From: Chitinophagales bacterium
GTDB taxonomy: Bacteria; Bacteroidota; Bacteroidia; Chitinophagales; JADIYW01
Direction of reading: 5' to 3'
Length of the DNA: 64,000 nt
Assembly: GCA_020636545.1 (NCBI GenBank)
Contig: JACJXS010000008.1
Span: 72,359-136,358 of the forward strand
Shown: piece by piece, positions 1 to 10,082 of the stretch
Layout: every line of letters starts with the position of its first letter
How positions within the stretch are numbered: the stretch's first letter is position 1
The notes under the pieces: generated by a model
The model's input: the letters and a program-made list of their open reading frames with translations, nothing else
Databases searched by the model: none
What the model was told of the DNA's origin: nothing
Made by a program: the position numbers and the translations under genes

Positions 1-1
1 T

Positions 2-1072
2 TCTGCACTGAAAGTTGGAGCTTCAAATGACAACAAAAACAAAACAATTAATCGAGTTGGAATTAGAAGAGGCAGAATAAAATTTACTTATGAAAAAGGA
101 ATTGTTGCGGGTGTTTTTCAACTTGATATTACTGAAAAAGGAATTGGGATAAAAGATGCCTATCTAAATATTAAAGACCCTTGGTTAAAATCTATGGCAC
201 TAAAAGCTGGGGTTTTTGATAGACCTTTTGGGTCTGAAATTAGCTATTCCTCTTCACAAAGAGAAGCACCCGAACGCTCAACAATTTTCCAAACTTTATT
301 TCCAGAGGAACGAGATTTAGGTTTAATGCTAACCTTACAAGCTCCAAAAACATCAATTTGGAATATACTCAAATTAGAAGCTGGACTCTTTGCAGGGAAT
401 GGCATTAAAATGGAAACAGATAATAGAAAAGACTTCATTGGACACTTATCCTTTAATCATACGATTAAAGATATTCTAAAAATAGGTGGTGGGATATCTT
501 ATTACAATGGAGGTGTTTATCAAGGCTCAAAGAATATCTATACGATGAAAGGTAATTCATTTGTTTTAAATAATGACTCAACAAATATAGGAAAATATGC
601 AAAACGTGAATATATAGGATTTGATATGCAAATAAATGCAATAACAAAGGTAGGTACAACTAAGTTAATGGCAGAATATTTAATGGGTACACAACCAGGA
701 ACAAATAAAGATAGCAAAAGCCCCAATGCTTCAACTTTACCAACTTCAGATACTTATATTAGGAAATTTAAAGGTGGTTATATAATGCTTACACAAGATT
801 TTGGAAAAGTACCATTAACTGGCGTTTTTAAATACGATTGGTATAATCCTAATAAGAATGTTTCAAAAGATAATATTGGATTAAATCAAACCAATAAAGG
901 AGATATCAGTTATAATACTTTTGGCTTAGGAATGGTATGGAAAGCAACTTCTAGTATTCGTGTTACTGCATTCTATGACATTGTTAGAAATGAAACTACT
1001 AATAATATAACAGATTATAATCAAAATAGAAAAGACAATGTCTTTACACTTCGATTCCAATATAAATTCTAA
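2..1072 (+). CDS. Outer-membrane porin, phosphate-selective porin O/P-like; 5' end cut by window edge
   Basis: The frame of the 194..1072 ORF stays open back to nt 2, with no stop before the first ATG. Alternating beta-strand-like sequence ends in ...TLRFQYKF, the aromatic terminus typical of OM barrels. It lies immediately upstream of pstSCAB on the same strand. Confidence 0.6.
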   Translation, partial: SALKVGASNDNKNKTINRVGIRRGRIKFTYEKGIVAGVFQLDITEKGIGIKDAYLNIKDPWLKSMALKAGVFDRPFGSEISYSSSQREAPERSTIFQTLFPEERDLGLMLTLQAPKTSIWNILKLEAGLFAGNGIKMETDNRKDFIGHLSFNHTIKDILKIGGGISYYNGGVYQGSKNIYTMKGNSFVLNNDSTNIGKYAKREYIGFDMQINAITKVGTTKLMAEYLMGTQPGTNKDSKSPNASTLPTSDTYIRKFKGGYIMLTQDFGKVPLTGVFKYDWYNPNKNVSKDNIGLNQTNKGDISYNTFGLGMVWKATSSIRVTAFYDIVRNETTNNITDYNQNRKDNVFTLRFQYKF

Positions 1073-1084
1073 ATCTTAACCAGA

Positions 1085-1120
1085 TTGTAACAAAATTGCA
1101 AATAGACAGTAACAATTGGT
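1085..1120 (+). promoter_or_regulatory. Candidate Pho-box-like phased direct repeats upstream of pstS
   Basis: TTGTAACA (1085), TTGCAAAT (1096) and CAGTAACA (1107) recur with an 11-bp period, 60-95 nt upstream of the pstS ATG. An OmpR/PhoB-family regulator is encoded in the same cluster. Confidence 0.3.
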
Positions 1121-1180
1121 ATTGAAATTTGCACTGAAAATAAAACAAACCCTTTTAAAAAAAATTAAATTAAAAAAAAG

Positions 1181-1996
1181 ATGAAAAAAACAATTATTTT
1201 AACAATTTCCTTATTCTGTTTGGTATTAAATATAAAGGCTCAAAAAATAAAAGGTTCAGATACCGTATTGCCTTTATCACAAGAAGCTGCTGAAAACTAT
1301 AAGAAGAAAAATCCAGCAAGTGCTGTTTCTGTAACAGGAGGAGGAAGTGGAGTTGGTATCTCTGCCTTAATTAGTGGAACAACAGAGATTGCACAAGCCT
1401 CAAGGAAAATTAAATTTGATGAAAAATTAAAAATTCAAGAATCTGGCAATTCTTTAAAAGAAATAATTATAGCCTATGATGCATTAAGCGTTATTGTTAA
1501 TCCTTCAAATAAAGTATCTAAATTAACTAGAGAACAATTAGAGGGTATTTTTACAGGAAAAATTACAAATTGGAAAGAAGTAGGTGGTGAAGATTTGAAA
1601 ATAGTTCCTTATTCTAGAGAAACGTCTTCTGGAACGTATGAGTTTTTTAAAGAAAGTGTTCTTAAAAATAAGAATTACAAGAGTGGAATTATGAGTTTAC
1701 CAGCAACTGGTGCAATTATTCAATCCATTAGTCAAACGAAAGGAGCAATTGGATATGTAGGCTTTGCATATCTCAATACAAAAGTCAAAACAATAAATAT
1801 TTCTTACGATAAAGGAAAAACTTATGTTATCCCAAATATCACTAATGTAAAGAATAAAACTTACCCAATTGTAAGACCACTATATTATTACTATTTGACT
1901 AAAAATAGCAATAAAGTAAAAGGATTTGTGGACTATATTCTATCTCCTGAAGGTCAAAAGATTGTTTCTAATGTAGGTTATATCACATTGAAATAG
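1181..1996 (+). CDS. pstS: Phosphate ABC transporter substrate-binding protein PstS
   Basis: Signal peptide MKKTIILTISLFCLVLNIKAQ. PstS/PBP-like-2 motifs are GSDTV, TGGGSGVGI and LTREQLEGIFTGKITNWKEVGG. Followed by pstCAB. Confidence 0.9.
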   Translation: MKKTIILTISLFCLVLNIKAQKIKGSDTVLPLSQEAAENYKKKNPASAVSVTGGGSGVGISALISGTTEIAQASRKIKFDEKLKIQESGNSLKEIIIAYDALSVIVNPSNKVSKLTREQLEGIFTGKITNWKEVGGEDLKIVPYSRETSSGTYEFFKESVLKNKNYKSGIMSLPATGAIIQSISQTKGAIGYVGFAYLNTKVKTINISYDKGKTYVIPNITNVKNKTYPIVRPLYYYYLTKNSNKVKGFVDYILSPEGQKIVSNVGYITLK

Positions 1997-2018
1997 TTAA
2001 AAAATCAGTATTAAGAAT

Positions 2019-3227
2019 ATGAGATTTCCTATGAAAATTGTTGAAAGGCTGTTAGAAGGTGTATTTAAAATGAGTAGTTCAATAACTAGTATTGTTATAC
2101 TACTCATTATAATATTTTTATTCAAGGAAGGTTTCGGATTATTTCGCTCACCAGTTGTAGAAAATGGCTACGGTCTTTATATTAATTCCAAAAATCCTAT
2201 TGCTGATATAAATCCAACTCAAATTAAACAAATATTTGATGGAGAAATTGATAATTGGAAAACAATAGGAGGAAATGAGGAATCTATTTATCTTTTTAGG
2301 TTTGATGAAATTTTTTCAATATATACAGATGAAGAACTTGGAGAAAATTACCAATTTTTACCTCAAAAGCTAAACAATATTATAGCTGAAAATTCAAATA
2401 TTATTGCATTTTTTCCTAAAAAATATATGCAAGAAATTTCTAGCAACACAAAAGAAATTGCAACAAAGAACATAGAAATAACAGATTTTGTTTTAGGAAA
2501 AGAATGGCTTCCAACAACAACTCCTTCTCCTTTATTTGGAATTGTGCCACTAGTTCTTGGAACATTATTAGTAAGTTTCTTAGCAATACTTATAGCACTT
2601 CCATTAGGCTTAGGTGTGGCTATCTACTTATCTGAAATAGCAAGTAATAGAGTAAGAGGAATTATAAGACCTGCTATTGAATTATTAGCTGGCATTCCAT
2701 CGGTTGTTTATGGATTCTTTGGATTAGTAATAATTGTACCTATAGTTCAGAAAGTGGGCAATATAAGTGCTGGAGAAACTGCATTTACAGGTAGTCTGAT
2801 ATTGGCAATTATGGCTCTGCCAACAATAATATCTATCTCTGAAGATGCAATAAGAAATACGCCATTGGCTTTACGAGAATCTAGTTATGCATTAGGAGCT
2901 ACGCAATGGCAAACCATCTATAAAATTGTAATTCCTTACGCAAGTTCTGGCATTTCTGCAGCTATTATTTTAGGAATTGGGAGAGCCATAGGCGAAACAA
3001 TGGCAGTATTAATGGTTACTGGTAATGGTGCAGTTATTCCACATTCTATTTTTGAATCTGTAAGAACAATTCCGGCAACGATAGCAGCTGAATTAGGAGA
3101 AGCTCCTATTGGTGGCACTCATTATCAAGCACTATTTTTATTAGGGTGTGTATTGTTTTTATTTACACTTATACTCAGTATTGTTTCAGAGCTTATTTCT
3201 AAAAAACAAACTTCTAAAACAGCATGA
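2019..3227 (+). CDS. pstC: Phosphate ABC transporter permease PstC with an enlarged first periplasmic loop
   Basis: Multi-TM BPD-transporter core with the EAA-like region SSYALGATQWQTIYKIVIPYA. Its stop overlaps the pstA start (ATGA at 3224-3227). It is 402 aa, longer than typical PstC. Confidence 0.9.
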   Translation: MRFPMKIVERLLEGVFKMSSSITSIVILLIIIFLFKEGFGLFRSPVVENGYGLYINSKNPIADINPTQIKQIFDGEIDNWKTIGGNEESIYLFRFDEIFSIYTDEELGENYQFLPQKLNNIIAENSNIIAFFPKKYMQEISSNTKEIATKNIEITDFVLGKEWLPTTTPSPLFGIVPLVLGTLLVSFLAILIALPLGLGVAIYLSEIASNRVRGIIRPAIELLAGIPSVVYGFFGLVIIVPIVQKVGNISAGETAFTGSLILAIMALPTIISISEDAIRNTPLALRESSYALGATQWQTIYKIVIPYASSGISAAIILGIGRAIGETMAVLMVTGNGAVIPHSIFESVRTIPATIAAELGEAPIGGTHYQALFLLGCVLFLFTLILSIVSELISKKQTSKTA

Positions 3228-4081
3228 TACGTTCAAAAAACATTCAACAAAAAATAGCTTTTCATATTTTCAGATTACTAAGTTTTGGTATTCTAGGAAT
3301 CTTGGTTTGGATACTAGGTTTTATTATATATAACGGAATCCAAGTTATTAGTTGGGAATTTATCACTTCCTATCCAAAAGAAGGAATGACCGAGGGAGGA
3401 ATTTTTCCAGCAATCATTGGAACAATTTATTTAGTAATCGGAAGTATGATATTTGCAGTTCCCTTAGGAATTATGTCTGCCATTTATATCAGTGAATATG
3501 CAAGTAATCAAAAGTGGGTAAGATTCATTCGTATAATGACAAATAATTTAGCCAGCATTCCATCTATTGTATTTGGACTTTTTGGAATGGCTTTATTTGT
3601 GCATACCTTTGGATTTGGAGATTCAATTCTTGCGGGTTCCTTAACTCTTGGAATTCTAATTATTCCTATAGTAATCCGTACAACAGAAGAGGCTTTAAAA
3701 GCTGTTCCAGAATCTTATCGTTTAGGTAGTTTTGCATTAGGTGCAACTAAACTTCAAACCATTAAAAATGTTGTATTTCCAATTGCATTTCCAAATATAA
3801 TGACTGGATTAATTCTCTCCGTAGGTAGAGTTTCTGGAGAAACAGCTCCAATATTATTTACGGTGGCGGCATATTTTTTACCTAAACTTCCTCAAAGTAT
3901 TTTTGACCAAGCAATGGCACTTCCTTATCATTTGTATGTTATTGCAACTAGCGGCACAGATATAGAAGCCTCAAAACCTATTGCTTACGGAACTGCATTT
4001 GTATTAATTTCTATCGTTCTAACAATAAATTTATTAGCTGGTTGGATTAGAAGATATTTTGAAAAACAAAACTCAATATAA
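3224..4081 (+). CDS. pstA: Phosphate ABC transporter permease PstA
   Basis: Six-TM permease with the motif [20 protein letters not shown]. Translationally coupled to pstC. Confidence 0.9.
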   Translation: MIRSKNIQQKIAFHIFRLLSFGILGILVWILGFIIYNGIQVISWEFITSYPKEGMTEGGIFPAIIGTIYLVIGSMIFAVPLGIMSAIYISEYASNQKWVRFIRIMTNNLASIPSIVFGLFGMALFVHTFGFGDSILAGSLTLGILIIPIVIRTTEEALKAVPESYRLGSFALGATKLQTIKNVVFPIAFPNIMTGLILSVGRVSGETAPILFTVAAYFLPKLPQSIFDQAMALPYHLYVIATSGTDIEASKPIAYGTAFVLISIVLTINLLAGWIRRYFEKQNSI

Positions 4082-4092
4082 TATTCATAAAA

Positions 4093-4842
4093 ATGATGAT
4101 TGAAGCAAAAAATATAAACTTTTACTATGGTAATTTTCATGCATTGAAAGGTATTAATATTGCCATACCTGCAAATACAGTAACGGCACTAATTGGTCCT
4201 TCTGGCTGTGGTAAATCTACGTTCTTACGATTATTTAATCGAATGAATGATACCATTCAAAACACTAAATTAACTGGAGAATGTTTAGTTAATGGACAAA
4301 ATATTTATGATAAAACTGTACAAGTTGATGATTTAAGGAAAAATGTTGGAATGGTATTTCAAAAACCTAATCCATTTCCTAAATCTATCTTTGAAAATGT
4401 TGCTTATGGCTTAAAAGTAAATGGCATATCGGATAAAAAGTATATTGCAGAACGTGTGGAACAATCACTTATTGCAGCGGCTTTATGGAACGAAGTAAAA
4501 GATAAACTTCATCAGTCAGCATTTGCATTGTCTGGTGGTCAGCAACAAAGGCTATGTATAGCTAGAGCATTAGCCATTTCGCCATCTATATTACTAATGG
4601 ACGAACCTGCATCAGCCTTAGACCCAATATCCACTTCTAAAATTGAAGAACTTATCCATGAATTGAAAGAAAAATATACCATTGTAATTGTTACACATAA
4701 TATGCAACAAGCTGCAAGAGTAAGTAATAAAACAGGCTTTTTTATGTATGGAGAATTGATAGAGTACAGCGACACTAAGAAAATGTTTTTAAATCCAGAG
4801 AATATTCAAACACAAAATTATATCACTGGAAGATTTGGTTAA
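4093..4842 (+). CDS. pstB: Phosphate ABC transporter ATP-binding protein PstB
   Basis: Walker [13 protein letters not shown] signature LSGGQQQR, Walker B LLMDEP. The C-terminal ...YITGRFG is typical of PstB. Confidence 0.95.
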   Translation: MMIEAKNINFYYGNFHALKGINIAIPANTVTALIGPSGCGKSTFLRLFNRMNDTIQNTKLTGECLVNGQNIYDKTVQVDDLRKNVGMVFQKPNPFPKSIFENVAYGLKVNGISDKKYIAERVEQSLIAAALWNEVKDKLHQSAFALSGGQQQRLCIARALAISPSILLMDEPASALDPISTSKIEELIHELKEKYTIVIVTHNMQQAARVSNKTGFFMYGELIEYSDTKKMFLNPENIQTQNYITGRFG

Positions 4843-4860
4843 ATCCTAAAAAAAATAAAT

Positions 4861-5538
4861 ATGAGACATACAGAGTTAGAAATTCAGGAGCTAAAAACTC
4901 AAGTAAAACAAATGTGGAACTTAGTTGTAGCTCAGTTAAGTAAAACTAAAAAAGCTTTATTAGAAAACGATACTGCATTAGCACTTGAAGTTATTAGTCA
5001 GGAAAAAAGAGTAAATGCTTATGAACTCAAAATCGAAAGTGATTGTGAAAATTATATTGCATTATATAGTCCAGTTGCTGTTGATTTGAGATTAGCTCTT
5101 ACATTAATTAAGATTAGTAATACTTTGGAACGAATTGGAGATTTTGCGGAAGGTATTGCACGACATACAATTTCTCAAGAATGTAATGTTATTGACACTA
5201 AAATAATGGAAGATTTAGGTGTCGAAAAAATGATGGATACCGTTTTAGAAATGCTGCTTGACGGTTATATTGCGTTTGAAACTGAGAATACAAAACTAAC
5301 TGAAAAAATATTGAGCCTTGATATACAAGTAGATGAATTGTACAAAAATGGATTTTTTATTTTAACGGAATATCTAAATACTCAAGAAAAAAATGCTATG
5401 TGTGCTTTGAAATTAATCATCTTACTCCGAAAAATAGAACGAATTGGAGATCATTGTAATAATATCATAGAAGATATCGTATTTTATGTAGATGCAGAAG
5501 TTTTAAAACATCATAAGAAAATAACGATTAATCAATAA
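4861..5538 (+). CDS. phoU: Phosphate signalling regulator PhoU
   Basis: Two internal PhoU repeats, each with an ERIGD motif (LERIGDFAEG and IERIGDHCNN). Located directly after pstB. Confidence 0.9.
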   Translation: MRHTELEIQELKTQVKQMWNLVVAQLSKTKKALLENDTALALEVISQEKRVNAYELKIESDCENYIALYSPVAVDLRLALTLIKISNTLERIGDFAEGIARHTISQECNVIDTKIMEDLGVEKMMDTVLEMLLDGYIAFETENTKLTEKILSLDIQVDELYKNGFFILTEYLNTQEKNAMCALKLIILLRKIERIGDHCNNIIEDIVFYVDAEVLKHHKKITINQ

Positions 5539-5584
5539 AATTAGACATTTATACTTAAATTTGTTTTACAAGAAAATTCTATAA

Positions 5585-6277
5585 ATGGCAAATAAAATAT
5601 TGATAGTTGATGATGATGTAAGCATTTGTGAGATTTTAGAATTTAATTTGAAGAGTGAGGGCTATATTGTTGAAATTGCTCATTCAGCAGAAGAAGCACT
5701 TGAGCAATTAACCCCAGATTTTAATCTAATTCTATTAGATATAATGATGGGTGGGATGTCCGGTTATAAGATGGCAGAAAAAGTAAAGGCCTCTAAAAAT
5801 CGGACTCCAATTATTTTTTTAACCGCAAAAGATACTGAAAATGATATGCTTACTGGATTTTCAGTAGGTGCTGATGATTATATATCTAAACCATTTTCTA
5901 TAAAAGAAGTTTTGGCTCGAATTAAAGCCGTATTAGCTCGAATAAACCAAGGCTCTAAATCAAGTTTAACCAATACCCAGATTCTTGAATTAAATGACTT
6001 TATTATAAATTTTGATACTAAACAATTAAGCATTAAAGGCAATAAAATAAGTCTAACAAAAACAGAGTTTGATATTCTACTGAAGCTAATAGAAAACCCT
6101 AATAAAATCTTTTCTCGTCAAGAAATTATCGATAGTATTTGGGGCGATGAGGTATATATTACTGAACGTACTGTTGATGTACACATTACACGATTAAGAA
6201 AAAAATTGGGAGATTATGCATCGGCAATTACCAATCGTTCTGGATTTGGTTATCGATTTGATTCAAATAATTTATGA
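5585..6277 (+). CDS. phoB: OmpR/PhoB-family response regulator
   Basis: Receiver domain (ILIVDDD..., LLDIMMGGMSG, TAKD) plus a winged-helix output (LTKTEFDILLKL, VDVHITRLRKKL). The symbol is assigned from context in the pst-phoU cluster. Confidence 0.8.
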   Translation: MANKILIVDDDVSICEILEFNLKSEGYIVEIAHSAEEALEQLTPDFNLILLDIMMGGMSGYKMAEKVKASKNRTPIIFLTAKDTENDMLTGFSVGADDYISKPFSIKEVLARIKAVLARINQGSKSSLTNTQILELNDFIINFDTKQLSIKGNKISLTKTEFDILLKLIENPNKIFSRQEIIDSIWGDEVYITERTVDVHITRLRKKLGDYASAITNRSGFGYRFDSNNL

Positions 6278-7986
6278 AACTAAATTTTAAACAACGCTTA
6301 TTTTTTTACTTTACGGTAATTTTTACACTCTCAATAATTGGAGTAACTATTTTTGAACGAAATAAAGAAAAAGTACAAAAAACAGAAACCTTAGAAGGAA
6401 TTCTTGATGTTTACACCACAACAATTAGTTCGTTTTTATCTAAAAATCCAACAGATAACTTTTCTAATTTAGATAGTTTAGTTTCCTTATTTCCTTCAGA
6501 ACTCCGAGTAAGCATAATTGATAAAGAAGGAATTGTAAATTATGACAATACAATTAAAAATATCAACATCTTAAGTAACCACGCTCAGCGACCTGAAATT
6601 CTTGCATTAAAGACAAGTAATAAAGGTACTGATATTCGTAATTCTGCATCTAAGAATCAAGCTTATCTATATTATGCCAAAGACAATGGAATAAATTTTA
6701 TTCGTGTAGCCTTACCTTATAATATAAATACTAAAAACCTTCTAAAACCTGATAATTCCTTTGTTTATTTCATTCTAATCATCTATTTATCTGTACTATT
6801 TTTAATCAATAGTATTATTAATAAATTTGGAAAGTCAGTAACCCAATTGCGAGATTTTGCTATCCATGCGAAGGTTATTCCATCAGAAAATAATTTTTCA
6901 GATAATGAATTAGATGAAATTGGTAAAAAACTTACTGAAAATTATCTGTTATTAGAAAAATCAAAAAATGAGGTAAATGCAGAAAAGGAAAAGTTATTGC
7001 AACATATTCATAATTCCAAAGAAGGTATTTGCTTTTTTACGCCTCAAAAGGAAGTAGAATTTTACAATGGACATTTTATTCAATATCTACATCTTATAAC
7101 AGATTCTGAAGAAGGTAATCCCAATGTGATTTTCACAGATAAAGCATTTGAGAAACTACACCTTTTCTTAAAAAATTCAACTGCAAATTTCTTAGATGAT
7201 AAAATTTCTAAACAAGGTAAAATATTCCATCTTCGTTTAGTATTTTTTGAAAACAAAGGATTTGAAATTATCTTGAACGATATCACACTCCAAGAGAAAA
7301 CAAGAGTTCTAAAGCAAGAAATGACGGGCAATATTGCTCATGAACTCAGAACGCCAGTAACAGGAATTAGAGGTTATTTGGAAACTATTCTTACTCAAAA
7401 ATTAGAGATTGATAAGCAGCTTTATTTTACGGAAAAAGCTTTCTTACAAACAAAAGTATTGTCAGAACTCATTCAAGATATGAGTTTAATTGCAAAAATT
7501 GAAGAGGCAGGATACACGTTTACGATGCAAGCCATACACTTAAAACCATTCTTAGAACAAATAAAAGAAGATTATACACTGCAATTTACTGAAAAACGAG
7601 TTCAATTTACAATCAATATTCCTGAAGAATGTACAATCAAAGGCAATCAAAATCTATTACATTCCGTTTTTAGAAATCTTATCGATAATGCACTCAGATA
7701 TGCTGGAAATGATACAAATATCACTATCTATTTATACAATCAAGATGCTGATTTTTGTTACTTCTCATTCTATGATACAGGAAAAGGTATTGAAGATGAA
7801 AAACATCTTTCTCGAATATTTGAAAGATTTTATCGTGTAAATGAAGGTCGAACTAGAGATATGGGCGGTTCTGGTTTAGGATTATCAATTGTTAAAAATG
7901 CTATCCAAATTCATGGAGGAACTATATATGCCAAAAATAGGAAAGAAGGCGGCTTAGAATTTCTATTTCATTTAAAAAGAGCATAA
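6274..7986 (+). CDS. phoR: Sensor histidine kinase, PhoR-like by context
   Basis: Two TM helices flank a periplasmic segment of about 130 aa. H-box NIAHELRTPVT, N-box NLIDNALRY, G-boxes DTGKGI and GGSGLGLSIV. ATGA overlap with the regulator gene. Confidence 0.8.
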   Translation: MKLNFKQRLFFYFTVIFTLSIIGVTIFERNKEKVQKTETLEGILDVYTTTISSFLSKNPTDNFSNLDSLVSLFPSELRVSIIDKEGIVNYDNTIKNINILSNHAQRPEILALKTSNKGTDIRNSASKNQAYLYYAKDNGINFIRVALPYNINTKNLLKPDNSFVYFILIIYLSVLFLINSIINKFGKSVTQLRDFAIHAKVIPSENNFSDNELDEIGKKLTENYLLLEKSKNEVNAEKEKLLQHIHNSKEGICFFTPQKEVEFYNGHFIQYLHLITDSEEGNPNVIFTDKAFEKLHLFLKNSTANFLDDKISKQGKIFHLRLVFFENKGFEIILNDITLQEKTRVLKQEMTGNIAHELRTPVTGIRGYLETILTQKLEIDKQLYFTEKAFLQTKVLSELIQDMSLIAKIEEAGYTFTMQAIHLKPFLEQIKEDYTLQFTEKRVQFTINIPEECTIKGNQNLLHSVFRNLIDNALRYAGNDTNITIYLYNQDADFCYFSFYDTGKGIEDEKHLSRIFERFYRVNEGRTRDMGGSGLGLSIVKNAIQIHGGTIYAKNRKEGGLEFLFHLKRA

Positions 7987-8031
7987 AATTGAATAATATT
8001 ATCAGTCGGAAATAAGATTAGTATAGTATCT

Positions 8032-9225
8032 TTGTACGAACAGATGATAGAAACATTACCACAATTGGAAGAGAGAGCAGTGCTTGTTGCATTGATTAGA
8101 GATGGACAAACTACTCAACAAGTAACTGAATATTTAGATGAATTAGCATTTTTAGCTGAAACTGCGGGAGCTATTACTATCAATCGTTTTACACAAAAAA
8201 TGCAACACCCTGATGTGCGATATTTTGTTGGCTCAGGTAAGTTAGAAGAAATACGTCAATACAATGAAATAGCTGAAATTTCCACAGTCATAATTGATGA
8301 TGAAATTTCTCCAGCCCAACAACGAAATTTAGAAGCTGAATTGAAATGTAAAATATTAGACCGAACTAGTTTGATATTGGATATTTTTGCTCAAAGAGCC
8401 AAAACTGCACAAGCTAGAGCTCAAGTAGAATTGGCACAATTACAATATTTACTGCCAAGATTAAAAGGCTTGTGGACACACTTAGAAAGACAACGTGGAG
8501 GTATTGGAATGCGTGGCCCAGGTGAGAAAGAAATTGAAACAGATAGACGTGTCATTAACGATAAGATTGCGAAACTAAAACAAGATTTAGTAGTTTTAGA
8601 TAAACAAGATGAGACAAGACGTAAAACTCGTGGAGAATTAGTAAGAGTGGCTTTGGTGGGTTATACCAATGTTGGAAAATCTACTATGATGAATCTTCTA
8701 AGCAAAAGCGATATTTTGGCTGAAAATATCCTTTTTGCAACTTTAGACACCACTGTCCGAAAAGTTGTGATTGATAATATGCCATTTTTATTAAGTGATA
8801 CGGTGGGCTTCATACGTAAACTACCACATCATTTAGTAGAAAGTTTTAAATCTACTTTAGATGAAGCCAAAGAATCTGATATTATTGTCCATGTAGTTGA
8901 TGCTTCGCACGAAAATTTCAGAGACCAAATTGATGTCGTTAATCAAACTTTAGCAGATTTGAAGGTTATAGAACAACCACGATTGATAGTTTTTAATAAA
9001 ATGGATTTGTACAAAGAAAAACATTTTGACAAATACTTACCAGAAGATGTAAAGGCAGAGTTATTACAAGAATTTGAGAAAAATATGAGTCATGCCATGA
9101 ATAGCAATTGTGTGTTTATTTCGGCAACTGAAAAGGAAAACTTGGAGACATTAAGAAACATTATGGCACTGATGGTACAAGATATGTACCACAAACGTTA
9201 TCCATATAGAAGTAATTTTCATTAA
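8032..9225 (+). CDS. hflX: GTPase HflX
   Basis: HflX N-domain (DEISPAQQRNLE, ILDIFAQRAKT, QVELAQLQY). G-domain motifs GYTNVGKST, DTVGF and NKMD. The track start is TTG 8032; ATG 8041 is an alternative. Confidence 0.9.
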   Translation: MYEQMIETLPQLEERAVLVALIRDGQTTQQVTEYLDELAFLAETAGAITINRFTQKMQHPDVRYFVGSGKLEEIRQYNEIAEISTVIIDDEISPAQQRNLEAELKCKILDRTSLILDIFAQRAKTAQARAQVELAQLQYLLPRLKGLWTHLERQRGGIGMRGPGEKEIETDRRVINDKIAKLKQDLVVLDKQDETRRKTRGELVRVALVGYTNVGKSTMMNLLSKSDILAENILFATLDTTVRKVVIDNMPFLLSDTVGFIRKLPHHLVESFKSTLDEAKESDIIVHVVDASHENFRDQIDVVNQTLADLKVIEQPRLIVFNKMDLYKEKHFDKYLPEDVKAELLQEFEKNMSHAMNSNCVFISATEKENLETLRNIMALMVQDMYHKRYPYRSNFH

Positions 9226-9534
9226 ACTATACCTGAAAATACCATTAAACTATACCTAAGAAGATAAGTGATTTTCAGTATTTTACTAAAAATTATTTTT
9301 CTAAAAGGCTTAGTAACTGTTGAATTTGCTGGTCTTTTATATCTAATTGTTTTTTAGTGTTCAAGTTGGTTGTCTACATAATATGGATCATTAATTCTTT
9401 TAAATTGAATATTGTTAAAATTAATTTAATATAATGAAAAAAAATATTATCTTAGTAGATGAGATGGATAAACATTAGCAAACGCAACTTGTGGTCTTAT
9501 GGCTCTTTCTTGGTAATTTTAAAAATATTTAATC

Positions 9535-9939
9535 ATGTTAGTAATTAGAAAAAACAACTACTTCAGCTTCTTTAACAAAATGCACATTTTGATTGATAAT
9601 AAACAAGCTGGTTTCTTGGATTTTAAATCTCCTGAGAAAAAAATTGAATTAGCACAAGATAATCTGGAAAAAGACCTGACAGTAAAGTTATCTGTTTTTA
9701 AGAAAACATTACCTGTAAAAGCAAACTCAACAATAATTATTGATCAAAATAAAAGTTTTCAAATATTGTTTGTGTTAATGCTTATAAGTGCTGGATTGTT
9801 TTTTATACTTCCTAATTTTATAAGTAGTATGTATCTGCAATATGCTTTATTAGTATGTCCTGTTTTGTACGTATTGTCGATGTTTTATTATACATTTTTA
9901 GGTAGAGATAATTTATTAGAAATAAAAGTGATAGATTAA
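9535..9939 (+). CDS. Hypothetical small membrane protein
   Basis: 134-aa ORF with a soluble N-terminal half and two C-terminal hydrophobic helices. Followed by a good terminator. No recognisable family. Confidence 0.45.
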   Translation: MLVIRKNNYFSFFNKMHILIDNKQAGFLDFKSPEKKIELAQDNLEKDLTVKLSVFKKTLPVKANSTIIIDQNKSFQILFVLMLISAGLFFILPNFISSMYLQYALLVCPVLYVLSMFYYTFLGRDNLLEIKVID

Positions 9940-9972
9940 TCATTGAAGTAATTTATAGGAAACTATTATCAT

Positions 9973-10007
9973 TATGCCGGCAGTTAAAGCTGTCGGCATA
10001 TTTTTTT
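9973..10007 (+). terminator. Rho-independent terminator
   Basis: TATGCCGGCAG-ttaaag-CTGTCGGCATA stem with one G-U pair, followed by TTTTTTT. Confidence 0.7.
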
Positions 10008-10082
10008 ATATGATGTAATAATGCTTAAAACCGCTATATTTAAACTATATTATTTTTTGAGAACAACTGTAATTTTTAATCA

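Noticed and set aside
4-1139. The 10-mer TGCACTGAAA occurs at 4-13 (inside the porin gene) and at 1130-1139 (upstream of pstS)
   Set aside because: It is a single short exact match with no extended flanking similarity. One copy is coding, so chance is the most likely explanation.
9434-9475. 13-codon ORF (MKKNIILVDEMDKH) in the hflX downstream spacer
   Set aside because: It is far too short to distinguish from chance in AT-rich DNA, and there is no supporting signal.
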